This document shows, in pieces, positions 56,522-64,000 of a stretch of 64,000 bases of DNA (positions are counted from its first letter, which is position 1; every line of letters begins with the position of its first letter). The stretch comes from an uncultured virus (IMG/VR IMGVR_UViG_3300043774_001054) (Duplodnaviria > Heunggongvirae > Uroviricota > Caudoviricetes). Both the position numbers and the translations under genes were made by a program. The stretch lies in the IMG/VR virus record IMGVR_UViG_3300043774_001054, positions 1 through 64,000 of that record, one strand, 5' to 3'. The notes beneath the pieces are model-generated. The model made no database searches, was not told the DNA's origin, and saw only the letters and a list, made by a program, of their open reading frames with translations.

Positions 56522-56737
56522 TTAAATAATATAAGGTCCACAATTCGCAAAATCATTAGGAGACATAACTTTTGGGTTAACTATATCTATAGCACCAAGA
56601 GAAAATACCCTATCATACGATTCGTTATGTATTTTCTTGCTATGTTCACGCACATAATCCCCCATCTCCATATGATTCATTTCTGATTTAACAGCTACGG
56701 CTTTAAAACAATCTCCTTTGATAATGTATTGAAACAT
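56522..56737 (-). CDS. Hypothetical protein
   Basis: Start revised to MFQYII; packed early operon. Confidence 0.55.
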   Translation of the reverse strand: MFQYIIKGDCFKAVAVKSEMNHMEMGDYVREHSKKIHNESYDRVFSLGAIDIVNPKVMSPNDFANCGPYII

Positions 56738-56742
56738 AAATT

Positions 56743-57069
56743 TTACCCTTCCTCCTCCCATTTGCCAACCGTTTTCAAGAATGCCTCTGCGCGTTGGGCG
56801 GCGGTGGCGTTTGCAACGTGACCCACTTCATTACTTGTTAAATCCCACCAATACTTTTCACGATTTTCTAAGACAATACCGGAAAGATTTGCTGCAAATT
56901 GATTTACCTGTTCCGGCTCTAAGTGAGCCATAGCCTCGTGCATGGCGTTGAGGTCGTGGATGTAGTCGGGGATGAACTGCGCGACAAGTTGCCCCAATTC
57001 GTGCGAGTCTTCGCTACATTTCCATCCACACGCTTCCGCGATGGCTATTCTTTGTTTTTCAGCTTTCAT
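56743..57069 (-). CDS. Hypothetical phage protein
   Basis: 'QRIAIAEACGW', 'PDY..DLNAMHEA', 'ATAAQRAEAFLKT.GKW'. Confidence 0.7.
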   Translation of the reverse strand: MKAEKQRIAIAEACGWKCSEDSHELGQLVAQFIPDYIHDLNAMHEAMAHLEPEQVNQFAANLSGIVLENREKYWWDLTSNEVGHVANATAAQRAEAFLKTVGKWEEEG

Positions 57070-57545
57070 TTGTTATCAACTAAAGCAGCAACAATCTTCT
57101 CTGCATTCTCTTGAATAGAAGGATAGCAAAGAGTATTAAACGAGTCACCGTGTTTTGCAATGAATTTATCCCAGTCTTTCTTTTCTTCGGGAGTTAAGGC
57201 CATGTTAACTGGACGAGCCGCTGATGCCTCGCGAATAATTTTAATAAGTTTTTCTTCCATAAGACGAGCCGCAGCAGTAATTGCAGACTTCTCTGGGTGA
57301 ATTTGCTGACGAATAGAAGTGCATCCTTGTGTAATATGAATGAGCCAAAAGCCTTCGCGCAGACCATCATAAGCGTATGGGTCATTTACAGGAACAAACT
57401 TCTTGCCTACCTTACGGTAAAGGCGCTGGTCTTCTTTAGCAGCTGCGCTTGCAGTTACCGGATCAATCTGGAACTTATAGTTAAGCTGGAAACGAAGACG
57501 CTCGCATTCGTTCTTGTAATGTTCTAAATCTTTATTCTTTTTCAT
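57066..57545 (-). CDS. Hypothetical protein
   Basis: 159-aa ORF, ATGA-coupled. Confidence 0.65.
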   Translation of the reverse strand: MKKNKDLEHYKNECERLRFQLNYKFQIDPVTASAAAKEDQRLYRKVGKKFVPVNDPYAYDGLREGFWLIHITQGCTSIRQQIHPEKSAITAAARLMEEKLIKIIREASAARPVNMALTPEEKKDWDKFIAKHGDSFNTLCYPSIQENAEKIVAALVDNK

Positions 57546-57546
57546 T

Positions 57547-57801
57547 TTATTTAAAAGTTATTTTTTTAGGTTTCATAAAAATTGTTCCTCTATTGATATT
57601 TCCAAGAAGACAGTCGTAAGCATCAAATCGTCCTTCGTCTCGTCCTCGCTGAACATCATCTCGATGAAGATTGTTTTTATAAAGCATATTTAAAGCCCTT
57701 AAATGCTTCAACCATTTTACTAATTTCTTCTGATCAATCTTATAGTATGTGTCATTGGGGTCAACTACTTCGTCTTCCCAAGTTTTTACATATGTTTTCA
57801 T
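57547..57801 (-). CDS. Hypothetical protein
   Basis: 84-aa ORF in packed operon. Confidence 0.6.
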   Translation of the reverse strand: MKTYVKTWEDEVVDPNDTYYKIDQKKLVKWLKHLRALNMLYKNNLHRDDVQRGRDEGRFDAYDCLLGNINRGTIFMKPKKITFK

Positions 57802-58064
57802 TTTAAATCTTTTTCAATTTCAAAGGTGAATGGCTTAACCGGTTTCCCACCATCAAATCGTTTAATAAAAGTTTGCGCCTTTTTAGGCAGTGTGTATGTG
57901 TCCCATGAACATCCATTGCGATGAAGTATTCGTGTCGCGCCGATATTTAACCCAGTATGAGATGTTGGTTTAACTTCCCGTTTAACCGCATGAGCTATAG
58001 GGCAATCATAACAACTCCCTCTATATCCTTCTTCAATATCCTTAAGAGTAACTTTAATTTTCAT
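57798..58064 (-). CDS. Hypothetical protein (start revised to MKIKVT)
   Basis: 'DI..G...SC..CPIA.A', 'FIKRFD.G.PVKPFTF'; directly behind a repeated promoter. Confidence 0.7.
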   Translation of the reverse strand: MKIKVTLKDIEEGYRGSCYDCPIAHAVKREVKPTSHTGLNIGATRILHRNGCSWDTYTLPKKAQTFIKRFDGGKPVKPFTFEIEKDLK

Positions 58065-58135
58065 TATGATACAATCATACACCAAACCATGCAAAAGTAA
58101 ATCAAATTGATCGTCCTAAACTATTCATGTCCAAC
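58062..58135 (-). promoter_or_regulatory. Repeated early promoter element, copy C
   Basis: TTTACT-16-TATGAT-tgtatcataATG. Confidence 0.75.
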
Positions 58136-58145
58136 ATCAATCTTA

Positions 58146-58355
58146 TTAAGTAAAAATTGGCATTTTCGAGGGGTCATAATCATTCGGACCCTTAATGTAA
58201 GGTTCGTGCAGAGGAGTTATAACAGGTGTGCTGTATGTAATTACAGATATCTTACCGAGTTCTTCTCTTAAAATATCGGTTTCCTTCGTGCAAAGGTATT
58301 CTTTGCCAGCAATAAAACCGCGGAGCCAATAAATGAATTGTTCTTGTGACATCAT
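58146..58355 (-). CDS. Hypothetical protein
   Basis: 'EQFIYWLRGF' N-terminal motif. Confidence 0.65.
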   Translation of the reverse strand: MMSQEQFIYWLRGFIAGKEYLCTKETDILREELGKISVITYSTPVITPLHEPYIKGPNDYDPSKMPIFT

Positions 58356-58573
58356 TTTAAGTTACCTCCGTAATAGTCGAATACTTCCTCCATGGCATTT
58401 AAAGCTACAATAAGTTCGGCCAATTCACGTTTTTGGTAATCTTGGAGTTTCCTTGTTTTCTTAAGGACGGTAATGTCTTCGCGAAGGTATTCAATCGTTT
58501 GTTTTACGGAAGCACGGACAATACCGTCGGCTGTTTCTGGGTCAATTTCTACATTCATATTTTTAATTTTCAT
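58352..58573 (-). CDS. Hypothetical protein (start revised to MKIKNM)
   Basis: 'EID.ETAD.IV...' to 'VFDYYG'. Confidence 0.6.
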   Translation of the reverse strand: MKIKNMNVEIDPETADGIVRASVKQTIEYLREDITVLKKTRKLQDYQKRELAELIVALNAMEEVFDYYGGNLK

Positions 58574-58574
58574 A

Positions 58575-58850
58575 TTAATTCCAAGTTCTGTGTTTTTCAG
58601 CAATCCATTCGTCCCCGTCGTATTCTTGAATCTGCCATTGGACATCATCGGGAATCTTTACAACTTTAAGTTCAGCAAATTCACCGTTGGCAGCTTCACC
58701 AAGTTGTTCCACAATTTCTACTAGAATAGGATTGTTGCGCTTGATGTCATCTTCATTGGTAATAATCGCACCGGCACGTTCATTAAAAAGAGCAAGAGCA
58801 GTCTTAGAAAGCCCAAAGGCACCGTGGCAATCATTAATTACAATTTTCAT
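58575..58850 (-). CDS. Conserved phage hypothetical protein
   Basis: 'KIVIN.C.G.FGLS', 'R..P.LV..VE.LG..ANG', 'I.EYDG.EW..E.H..W'. Confidence 0.75.
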   Translation of the reverse strand: MKIVINDCHGAFGLSKTALALFNERAGAIITNEDDIKRNNPILVEIVEQLGEAANGEFAELKVVKIPDDVQWQIQEYDGDEWIAEKHRTWN

Positions 58851-59175
58851 TTTTTATTGAGTACAACTGAACAGCTGATTTTATCGCGAGTGCAGCCGCG
58901 CACGGAAACTGTTCGCCTTTCTTAAAAGAAAGTTTGTTAAGTTTAAATGGTTTTAGAACTATATCTCCGTTCCAATACGTAGGTTCGACGGAGATGTAAC
59001 CCAGCTCACAAAGCCTATTGCGCAACTTTGTAAATTCTGGATGATCCTTGCACGCATACGAATCTCCTTTTAAAATAATTTTGCCAACAAGATCGCTCAG
59101 AACCAGGTACTTCTCATCGGGTACCGAACTCAGGTATTCTTTCTTGAGTCTAAATTGTTTAATTGGTTTCTTCAT
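58834..59175 (-). CDS. Hypothetical protein
   Basis: 'DHPEFTKLR..L...GYI', 'WNGD.VLKPF.LN', 'QFPCAAA'. Confidence 0.65.
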   Translation of the reverse strand: MKKPIKQFRLKKEYLSSVPDEKYLVLSDLVGKIILKGDSYACKDHPEFTKLRNRLCELGYISVEPTYWNGDIVLKPFKLNKLSFKKGEQFPCAAALAIKSAVQLYSIKNENCN

Positions 59176-59761
59176 TTTTAGGAATCTCCGAGTAAGGAAT
59201 ATAGTTTTGCGTCGTTACATTGGTCTTTGCGAATTGTTTGTTCAGCGTCTTTAACCATCCACCAGACGAATGCAGTTCACCAAGTTGACCCGTCGCTTCA
59301 CAAGTTCTACCAGAAGCAGTTTCAGCAAAGTGAATGATACCCTCAATGTAATTATAAAACCGTTCATTAGCCTTTTCGATAGCAGGATACTTTTCAGTTT
59401 CTACTAGAGAGGTATTTTTTTCGTCAAGCTCAAACCTGTAATAAAACCGAAGTGTGCCGAACTTCTCTTTAACTTGCGTTGCGATCACTTGAGGTGGCCC
59501 TACTTTAAAGTAGTAGATAGCTTCTCCGTCCTTCTTGTTAATATACGGTGTGATACCAAGACGCTCACCATCTTCTTTATCCACCGGTACGCTGGTAGTA
59601 TAAGTGTGGGTAAGAGCTTCGCAAAGAATATCAATAAGATCGTACCAACCATCACCTACCTCAAGACCCCAGAACATACAGCTCTCGGTCTTTGGCTTGG
59701 TACGGTCGCCGAAAATCTTTGGATACTTCTCAAATAGTTTTTGTTCTAGTTCTGTTTTCAT
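59159..59761 (-). CDS. Conserved phage hypothetical protein
   Basis: 'L.EKYPKIF', 'GDGWYDLI', 'QVKEKFGTLRFY', 'S..TCE..G..G'. Confidence 0.75.
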   Translation of the reverse strand: MKTELEQKLFEKYPKIFGDRTKPKTESCMFWGLEVGDGWYDLIDILCEALTHTYTTSVPVDKEDGERLGITPYINKKDGEAIYYFKVGPPQVIATQVKEKFGTLRFYYRFELDEKNTSLVETEKYPAIEKANERFYNYIEGIIHFAETASGRTCEATGQLGELHSSGGWLKTLNKQFAKTNVTTQNYIPYSEIPKNEETN

Positions 59762-59958
59762 TCGAATAATGTGGTGGCATTTAAAAATTTAGCAAGAGGT
59801 TTAATCCAAAATGGAAGAGCCAGTATAAAAAGCCAGATCATTTGAATAACGATAATATCTGTAAACCTATAGATGAATCCGTTATAGAGACCTACACAAA
59901 GGTACACGAACGTAACCCAAACGGCGTAATGGACTAAAGAGCGTTGAAATAGTTTCAT
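59758..59958 (-). CDS. Small 2-TM membrane protein
   Basis: Two hydrophobic segments. Confidence 0.6.
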   Translation of the reverse strand: MKLFQRSLVHYAVWVTFVYLCVGLYNGFIYRFTDIIVIQMIWLFILALPFWIKPLAKFLNATTLFE

Positions 59959-59962
59959 AAAA

Positions 59963-60163
59963 TTATTCTTTTGTCATCCAGCGATAAAATGGAGTTAGGA
60001 CTACCTTTAAAAATATGAAGCCCCATGGAATAGGACCACAAATGATAAAGAATACGAGTCTCTGAGGAAACCGATTTACCGAATCGTGTAGAACGATAAA
60101 TGCCAGAGTTCCAAGCCCCAACCAATACATAAGTACCGCATTAATAAATTCAGGCATTGTCAT
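59963..60163 (-). CDS. Small 2-TM membrane protein (start revised)
   Basis: Two hydrophobic segments. Confidence 0.55.
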   Translation of the reverse strand: MTMPEFINAVLMYWLGLGTLAFIVLHDSVNRFPQRLVFFIICGPIPWGFIFLKVVLTPFYRWMTKE

Positions 60164-60167
60164 AAAG

Positions 60168-60380
60168 TTATTCTTCGACCTGATGAAGAGCATTTCCTGC
60201 TTCGGTGCGAATAGCTTGGGCAAGTTCTTCTACCGTTTTAAAACGATCGGTACCGTGCTTCAATATATTGCGACACACGGAATCAATTTCATACAATGAC
60301 GCCCAAGCTTGATTGCAATGAACGGCTCGCATATGTTCGTAATTATCATCGGGTAGGTTAAATTCCAGTATTGCTTTCAT
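60168..60380 (-). CDS. Hypothetical phage protein
   Basis: 'MKAILEFNLPDD..E' N-terminal motif. Confidence 0.7.
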   Translation of the reverse strand: MKAILEFNLPDDNYEHMRAVHCNQAWASLYEIDSVCRNILKHGTDRFKTVEELAQAIRTEAGNALHQVEE

Positions 60381-60384
60381 AAAG

Positions 60385-60651
60385 TTATTCCAGTTCGATC
60401 ATCCAATGTGAATTGTTGTAAATGTAGTCCCATACGATGGTATCTTCTGGTTCTTTACCCGAGAATCCCATGGACTCAATGAAACCATCAACAAGTTTAT
60501 CTTGCTCCGCGTGATGAGCAGCAATTACCTTGCGGATCTTTGCGATTTCCTTCTGCTGCTTTTTAGTGAATTTGACTTTTAGTTTATGGTCCATTGCTGA
60601 AACGGAATACATTTGGTCGATTGCTTTTTGCTGGTTTTTAGTGGTTTTCAT
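60385..60651 (-). CDS. Hypothetical protein
   Basis: 88-aa ORF directly behind an early promoter. Confidence 0.65.
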   Translation of the reverse strand: MKTTKNQQKAIDQMYSVSAMDHKLKVKFTKKQQKEIAKIRKVIAAHHAEQDKLVDGFIESMGFSGKEPEDTIVWDYIYNNSHWMIELE

Positions 60652-60657
60652 AATACA

Positions 60658-60686
60658 ATCATATACTGAAAGTGCTGAAAGTAAAC
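60658..60686 (-). promoter_or_regulatory. Early promoter (short copy of the repeated element)
   Basis: GTTTACT-16-TATGAT, only 6 nt upstream of the ATG. Confidence 0.75.
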
Positions 60687-60693
60687 AACAAAG

Positions 60694-61059
60694 TTACTTC
60701 TTGGAGTTTTCAATGTATTGAATGATGTTTTGCTTACCAATAATGTTCATCGAATGAACCTCATAGTCGGGAAACTCAACGCCTTTTTCATGGCAGTAGT
60801 TCACTAGCCATTTAGCGCAGTCGTATCCAGTTTTCTCCTTATAGGAGTCATACGTCGGTTCGGTACCAGCAATGCCAGCGGCATAGTGTTCCTGTCCCAG
60901 GTCGTGATCAAAGGTCACGAATGAAGGTATACCAAGCCGTTCAATACATTCAACGAATTTTTTATAGCTTCGCACCGTGGTATAAGGTCCCAGGGGTAAT
61001 TGTACCCATTTTACCTGAGAGGGAAGGCGTTCGTCATCCAGAAATAGTTTGTAGCTCAT
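60694..61059 (-). CDS. Cyclic-phosphate-processing receiver-like domain protein (start revised to MSYKLFLDD)
   Basis: 'LFLDDER.P', 'FDHDLG', 'TGYDCAKWL', 'VHSMN..G' motifs. Confidence 0.8.
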   Translation of the reverse strand: MSYKLFLDDERLPSQVKWVQLPLGPYTTVRSYKKFVECIERLGIPSFVTFDHDLGQEHYAAGIAGTEPTYDSYKEKTGYDCAKWLVNYCHEKGVEFPDYEVHSMNIIGKQNIIQYIENSKK

Positions 61060-61063
61060 ATAG

Positions 61064-61615
61064 TTATGTTGTGTGTGGACCGTGATGGTCAACGGGCTTA
61101 TAAGTTTTAGTCTTCATCTTATCCCGAAGCTGCTCCATAGATACTGGAAAGTAGTTCCAGCAATCTACACCAACATCACAGCTAAGAGTGGTAGGATCAT
61201 CCGGAAGAGTGCCGTGCGAGTGTCCGTAAAGTTGCCAGTGCCCTTTGTGGCTGCCGTTCCATACCTTCATGGCATAGTGACAGAGAATGATTTCTTGTTT
61301 GTCAACTGTTACTTCTCGAAGATGTGGTATATCAAACTCCCATCCAGAATCTAGGTAGCTCCGCATGAGCCGTTTATCATGGTTGCCCAAGCAGAATTGA
61401 ATTTTACCATTTAAACGCCGGAGATAGGGAGCGGCAGGACCGCCACCCACCGCAAAATCACCGAGATGGTACACGGTATCTTCTGGACGAACAATAGCGT
61501 TCCAATTATGAATGAGTGTATTGTCCATCTCTTCTACCGAGGCAAAAGGACGTTTACAGTATTTAATGATGTTTGCGTGCCCAAAATGGGTATCGCTTGT
61601 GAAGAATGTGTTCAT
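61064..61615 (-). CDS. Calcineurin-like metallophosphoesterase
   Basis: 'FTSDTHFGH.NII', 'HLGD', 'GNHD', 'LCHY', 'GHSH', 'DVGVD'. Confidence 0.9.
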   Translation of the reverse strand: MNTFFTSDTHFGHANIIKYCKRPFASVEEMDNTLIHNWNAIVRPEDTVYHLGDFAVGGGPAAPYLRRLNGKIQFCLGNHDKRLMRSYLDSGWEFDIPHLREVTVDKQEIILCHYAMKVWNGSHKGHWQLYGHSHGTLPDDPTTLSCDVGVDCWNYFPVSMEQLRDKMKTKTYKPVDHHGPHTT

Positions 61616-61617
61616 AG

Positions 61618-62178
61618 TTAAAATACAATTCGGCGAGCCTCAGCAAGAATCTCATTGAGTCTCTTACCGTCCATTGCTCGACAGCTGCTGATTTTGTTGG
61701 GACGAAACTCGTTTCCAGAATCGCTTTCCTCGGTGATTTCCATTAGGGTAATGAACTCTTTCCAGAGACGCTCCGTTATCTGGGCGCATTGTTCGGCTAT
61801 GTCGGCACAAGCCGATTTATCTGCAGCAAACCGTGCCCAAGTTAAAGCTGAGGATTGCATATGTTTTAGATCAGCCTCGGCACGTTCGGCGCGGGCTACC
61901 TGTAAGCTGATGTGCTTTCCTGCGTCCCGGTAGTCGTCTTTATACCGCTCCACCTCGGCGCGAAGGCGGGAATTTTCTTCAAGCACAAACCTTAGCCTTT
62001 CGGCTCCCGTTGCATTTACGCTAAGTAGCTCCTCGCACTCCGCTTTCGCGGCGGTGAGTTCGCGTTCAAGCGTGCGACATAGAGCGGTATGCGCTTGGTC
62101 CTGCCTGTTGCCCCACTCGCATCCATTGAGCATGGCATCCGTGCGTGGCGTGTCGGTGGGTTGGTCGGGTGGGTTCAT
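61618..62178 (-). CDS. Hypothetical coiled-coil protein (MNPPDQP family, GC-rich)
   Basis: 'TDTPRTDA', 'LERELTAAKAE', 'RAERAEADL'. Confidence 0.65.
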   Translation of the reverse strand: MNPPDQPTDTPRTDAMLNGCEWGNRQDQAHTALCRTLERELTAAKAECEELLSVNATGAERLRFVLEENSRLRAEVERYKDDYRDAGKHISLQVARAERAEADLKHMQSSALTWARFAADKSACADIAEQCAQITERLWKEFITLMEITEESDSGNEFRPNKISSCRAMDGKRLNEILAEARRIVF

Positions 62179-62561
62179 TTGATTTCCTCCGTCGCGGCAA
62201 GGGCGGCAAGAAACGCCTGCTCATGTTTTGCGAAAACCGCTACCGAGTCGGGCGAGAGCTTGTCTCCCCAAACCATTTGCCAAGATCGCGCGATCATAAG
62301 GGATTCGACGCCGTGCTCCCTTAGCACGCGCACCCGCTCGCGCTCGGCGGTGAGGGCGGCAAGCGCGGCAGTCCCTTCGTCATGGTAAAGCGTCTCGCTC
62401 GCCTTGGTGTAGTTGAGTTCACTGCGTAGTTGAGCCACCGCCCACGCCTCGGAGTCGGCGATGAGTTGGGCGGCTGCGGTCAGGTCGCGGTTGTGAACCA
62501 TGCGGAAAACATCGGCGGCAAGTTGCTTGTGTGTCTCGCTCGGTTGATCGGGTGGGTTCAT
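62175..62561 (-). CDS. Hypothetical coiled-coil protein (MNPPDQP family, GC-rich; start revised)
   Basis: Same first 7 aa as the downstream gene; 'LAALTAERER'. Confidence 0.65.
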   Translation of the reverse strand: MNPPDQPSETHKQLAADVFRMVHNRDLTAAAQLIADSEAWAVAQLRSELNYTKASETLYHDEGTAALAALTAERERVRVLREHGVESLMIARSWQMVWGDKLSPDSVAVFAKHEQAFLAALAATEEIK

Positions 62562-62562
62562 A

Positions 62563-62748
62563 TTAGTTTGGATTGGTTTTAGAGTATTCCTTGGCCAACT
62601 CATTGGCTCTAGCCAATTCTCTTTCAAGAAATTCTTCAAAGAGGCCATGGTTCGTAATTTCTACGCCTGGTATTGAAAAGCGATACTTGAAAGATTTGAT
62701 AGTGCCTTCAAGCACGCCGCATTTGTAAGCCAGATCGATGTTATTCAT
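62563..62748 (-). CDS. Small early hypothetical protein
   Basis: 61-aa ORF directly behind a repeated promoter. Confidence 0.65.
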   Translation of the reverse strand: MNNIDLAYKCGVLEGTIKSFKYRFSIPGVEITNHGLFEEFLERELARANELAKEYSKTNPN

Positions 62749-62820
62749 TATGATACAATCCTACAACATTCCATCAAAAAGTAAACCACAAAGATGTGGT
62801 CTAAGTGATTGATAGTCAAC
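62746..62820 (-). promoter_or_regulatory. Repeated early promoter element, copy D
   Basis: TTTACT-16-TAGGAT-tgtatcataATG, with upstream TATCAATCACTTA (IHF consensus). Confidence 0.75.
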
Positions 62821-62822
62821 AC

Positions 62823-63914
62823 TCACTCATAATTTCTGATAGAAGTGACGTATGGAAACCGTGGAATACCGTATGGGCTGAGGTGGAAGAACTGGCACGT
62901 GGCTTTCTCACCGATGTATCGATCCTTGTTCTGGAATAGATCGGCAAGGAATTCGTGAGAACCCTTGATGTTGGAATTGAAGTTCTCACCCTTATCATTT
63001 TTGAGTACCATGAATCCAGCCATGCCCGTGCGGTTACCCGTACCCTCACCGATTTCAAGGATTTCATATTCGGCGTCCTGGAATTCTTTGCGCTTCAGCA
63101 GAGTCTTTGACCGTTTGCGTTCATAGAGACCATCCGTGCGAACCATCTGACCCTCATAACCGTCGCTCATATAGCTTTCATATTCGGTATCAAGGTCCTT
63201 TTTGTCGAAGGCGACCGAAGTTTCCACGAGGACAATGGTATCGTCTTCCGGAAGGTTTCCGCAAAGCCACTTACGACGGTCGCTAAATGTCTTATCGGTA
63301 TCAATGACATCATAGACCCAATACTGAATCACATTGGCAGATTCATCTAGATCAGCCTGAGTCGGCTTGGTCTTACGGACCAGCGATACAATCTTATTGA
63401 AATCATTATTTAACTTGTCGCAGTAAAGCTCACCGTCCAAAACGGCATCGGGAAACTCTTGAAAGAAGGACTCCAGAGCCTTAAGGACATGCGGAGCCGA
63501 TTTAAAAATCTTGCCCTGACGACTAAACATCGTCGTAGAAGTGCAGAGGCAACGAATGCCATCTAGCTTGGGCTGTGAAAAGACGGGGTATTTAAGGTCG
63601 TCTTCACGGTCCTCAAACTTCTGCGCCAGCATACAGTCGATCATCGTGGGCTTGTCGATGTTTTTAATGTCGAGATGGTAACCTGTTTCCTCACGTTTAC
63701 GGAAGATTGCATCGGCCTCAAAGCGCGCCTGCATTTCCGCATTACGTTCATTTGCGCGGCCGACATTGGTGGGCTGGGCATAGTACCATTCGGTCGTGGT
63801 TTTCTTACCATCGACCTGACCATAGATGGTGCGGTAACGACCGCCGTCAATTTCGATGGTCCAGGTCTGCGTGGCACCCGTAGAAGTGCGTGAATAAAGT
63901 GTTGGAAGTTTCAT
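62823..63914 (-). CDS. ATP-dependent DNA ligase (start revised to MKLPTLY)
   Basis: Motif I 'QPKLDGIRC', III 'LDGELY', IIIa 'YWVYD', IV 'GYEGQMVR', V 'LLKRKEF', VI 'GIPRFP'. Confidence 0.93.
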   Translation of the reverse strand: MKLPTLYSRTSTGATQTWTIEIDGGRYRTIYGQVDGKKTTTEWYYAQPTNVGRANERNAEMQARFEADAIFRKREETGYHLDIKNIDKPTMIDCMLAQKFEDREDDLKYPVFSQPKLDGIRCLCTSTTMFSRQGKIFKSAPHVLKALESFFQEFPDAVLDGELYCDKLNNDFNKIVSLVRKTKPTQADLDESANVIQYWVYDVIDTDKTFSDRRKWLCGNLPEDDTIVLVETSVAFDKKDLDTEYESYMSDGYEGQMVRTDGLYERKRSKTLLKRKEFQDAEYEILEIGEGTGNRTGMAGFMVLKNDKGENFNSNIKGSHEFLADLFQNKDRYIGEKATCQFFHLSPYGIPRFPYVTSIRNYE

Positions 63915-63921
63915 GTTAAAA

Positions 63922-63999
63922 TTAAGCCGCGTAGGCATTCTGCAATTTATAGGGCGACTTGGTTGGCTCCTTGACGGAACCATACCACTCAACTTGCTG
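63922..63999 (-). CDS. 3' end of a gene entering from the right edge
   Basis: Open frame QQVEWYGSVKEPTKSPYKLQNAYAA* ending 7 nt before the ligase ATG. Confidence 0.45.
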   Translation of the reverse strand, partial: QQVEWYGSVKEPTKSPYKLQNAYAA

Positions 64000-64000
64000 T

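Noticed and set aside
47719..62820. Repeated 74-bp elements as CRISPR repeats, attachment sites or MITEs
   Set aside because: They are dispersed, always directly upstream of an ATG, contain -35/-10 boxes, and show no terminal inverted repeats or nearby integrase
1..64000. Stop-codon reassignment
   Set aside because: Core genes are full length in the standard code, and TAA, TAG and TGA all appear as stops
1..64000. tRNA, rRNA, introns, inteins or homing endonucleases
   Set aside because: No cloverleaf/T-loop signature in the few intergenic gaps and no interrupted core gene seen; gp4 is the normal head-completion nuclease

Overview
This window is a 64-kb segment of a large T4-like myophage, with a gene set resembling the cyano-/pelagimyophage type. 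The left two-thirds is a mostly minus-strand late structural region. It holds two large Pro-poor collagen-like (Gly-X-Gln) fibre genes, the first running off the left edge and missing from the ORF track. It also holds a three-gene glycan-modification operon, further fibres with a Gly-rich adhesin, a DUF4815/VrlC-like protein and baseplate genes gp8/7/6/25/5.4/5/27-like/53/48, then plus-strand gp4, gp2, gp54, gp26, gp51 and a tape measure. Next come gp32/gp59/gp33 and an accessory region of small early genes behind a repeated sigma70-type promoter element. The most notable system is a tightly coupled 8-gene operon (48090-54180). It encodes a curli-type export pore (CsgG, CsgF), a curlin-like protein, a periplasmic FecR-domain protein and a CHASE2 class III adenylate cyclase with intact catalytic motifs, behind an unusual regulatory leader. 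Other highlights are a probable programmed -1 frameshift joining gp26 to gp51 (lambda G/GT-like), a candidate coiled-coil unimolecular spanin, a 125-nt structured-RNA candidate, IHF-consensus boxes upstream of early promoters, and widespread leaderless/SD-less initiation. All functional calls come from recognising motifs by eye; no database searches were run.
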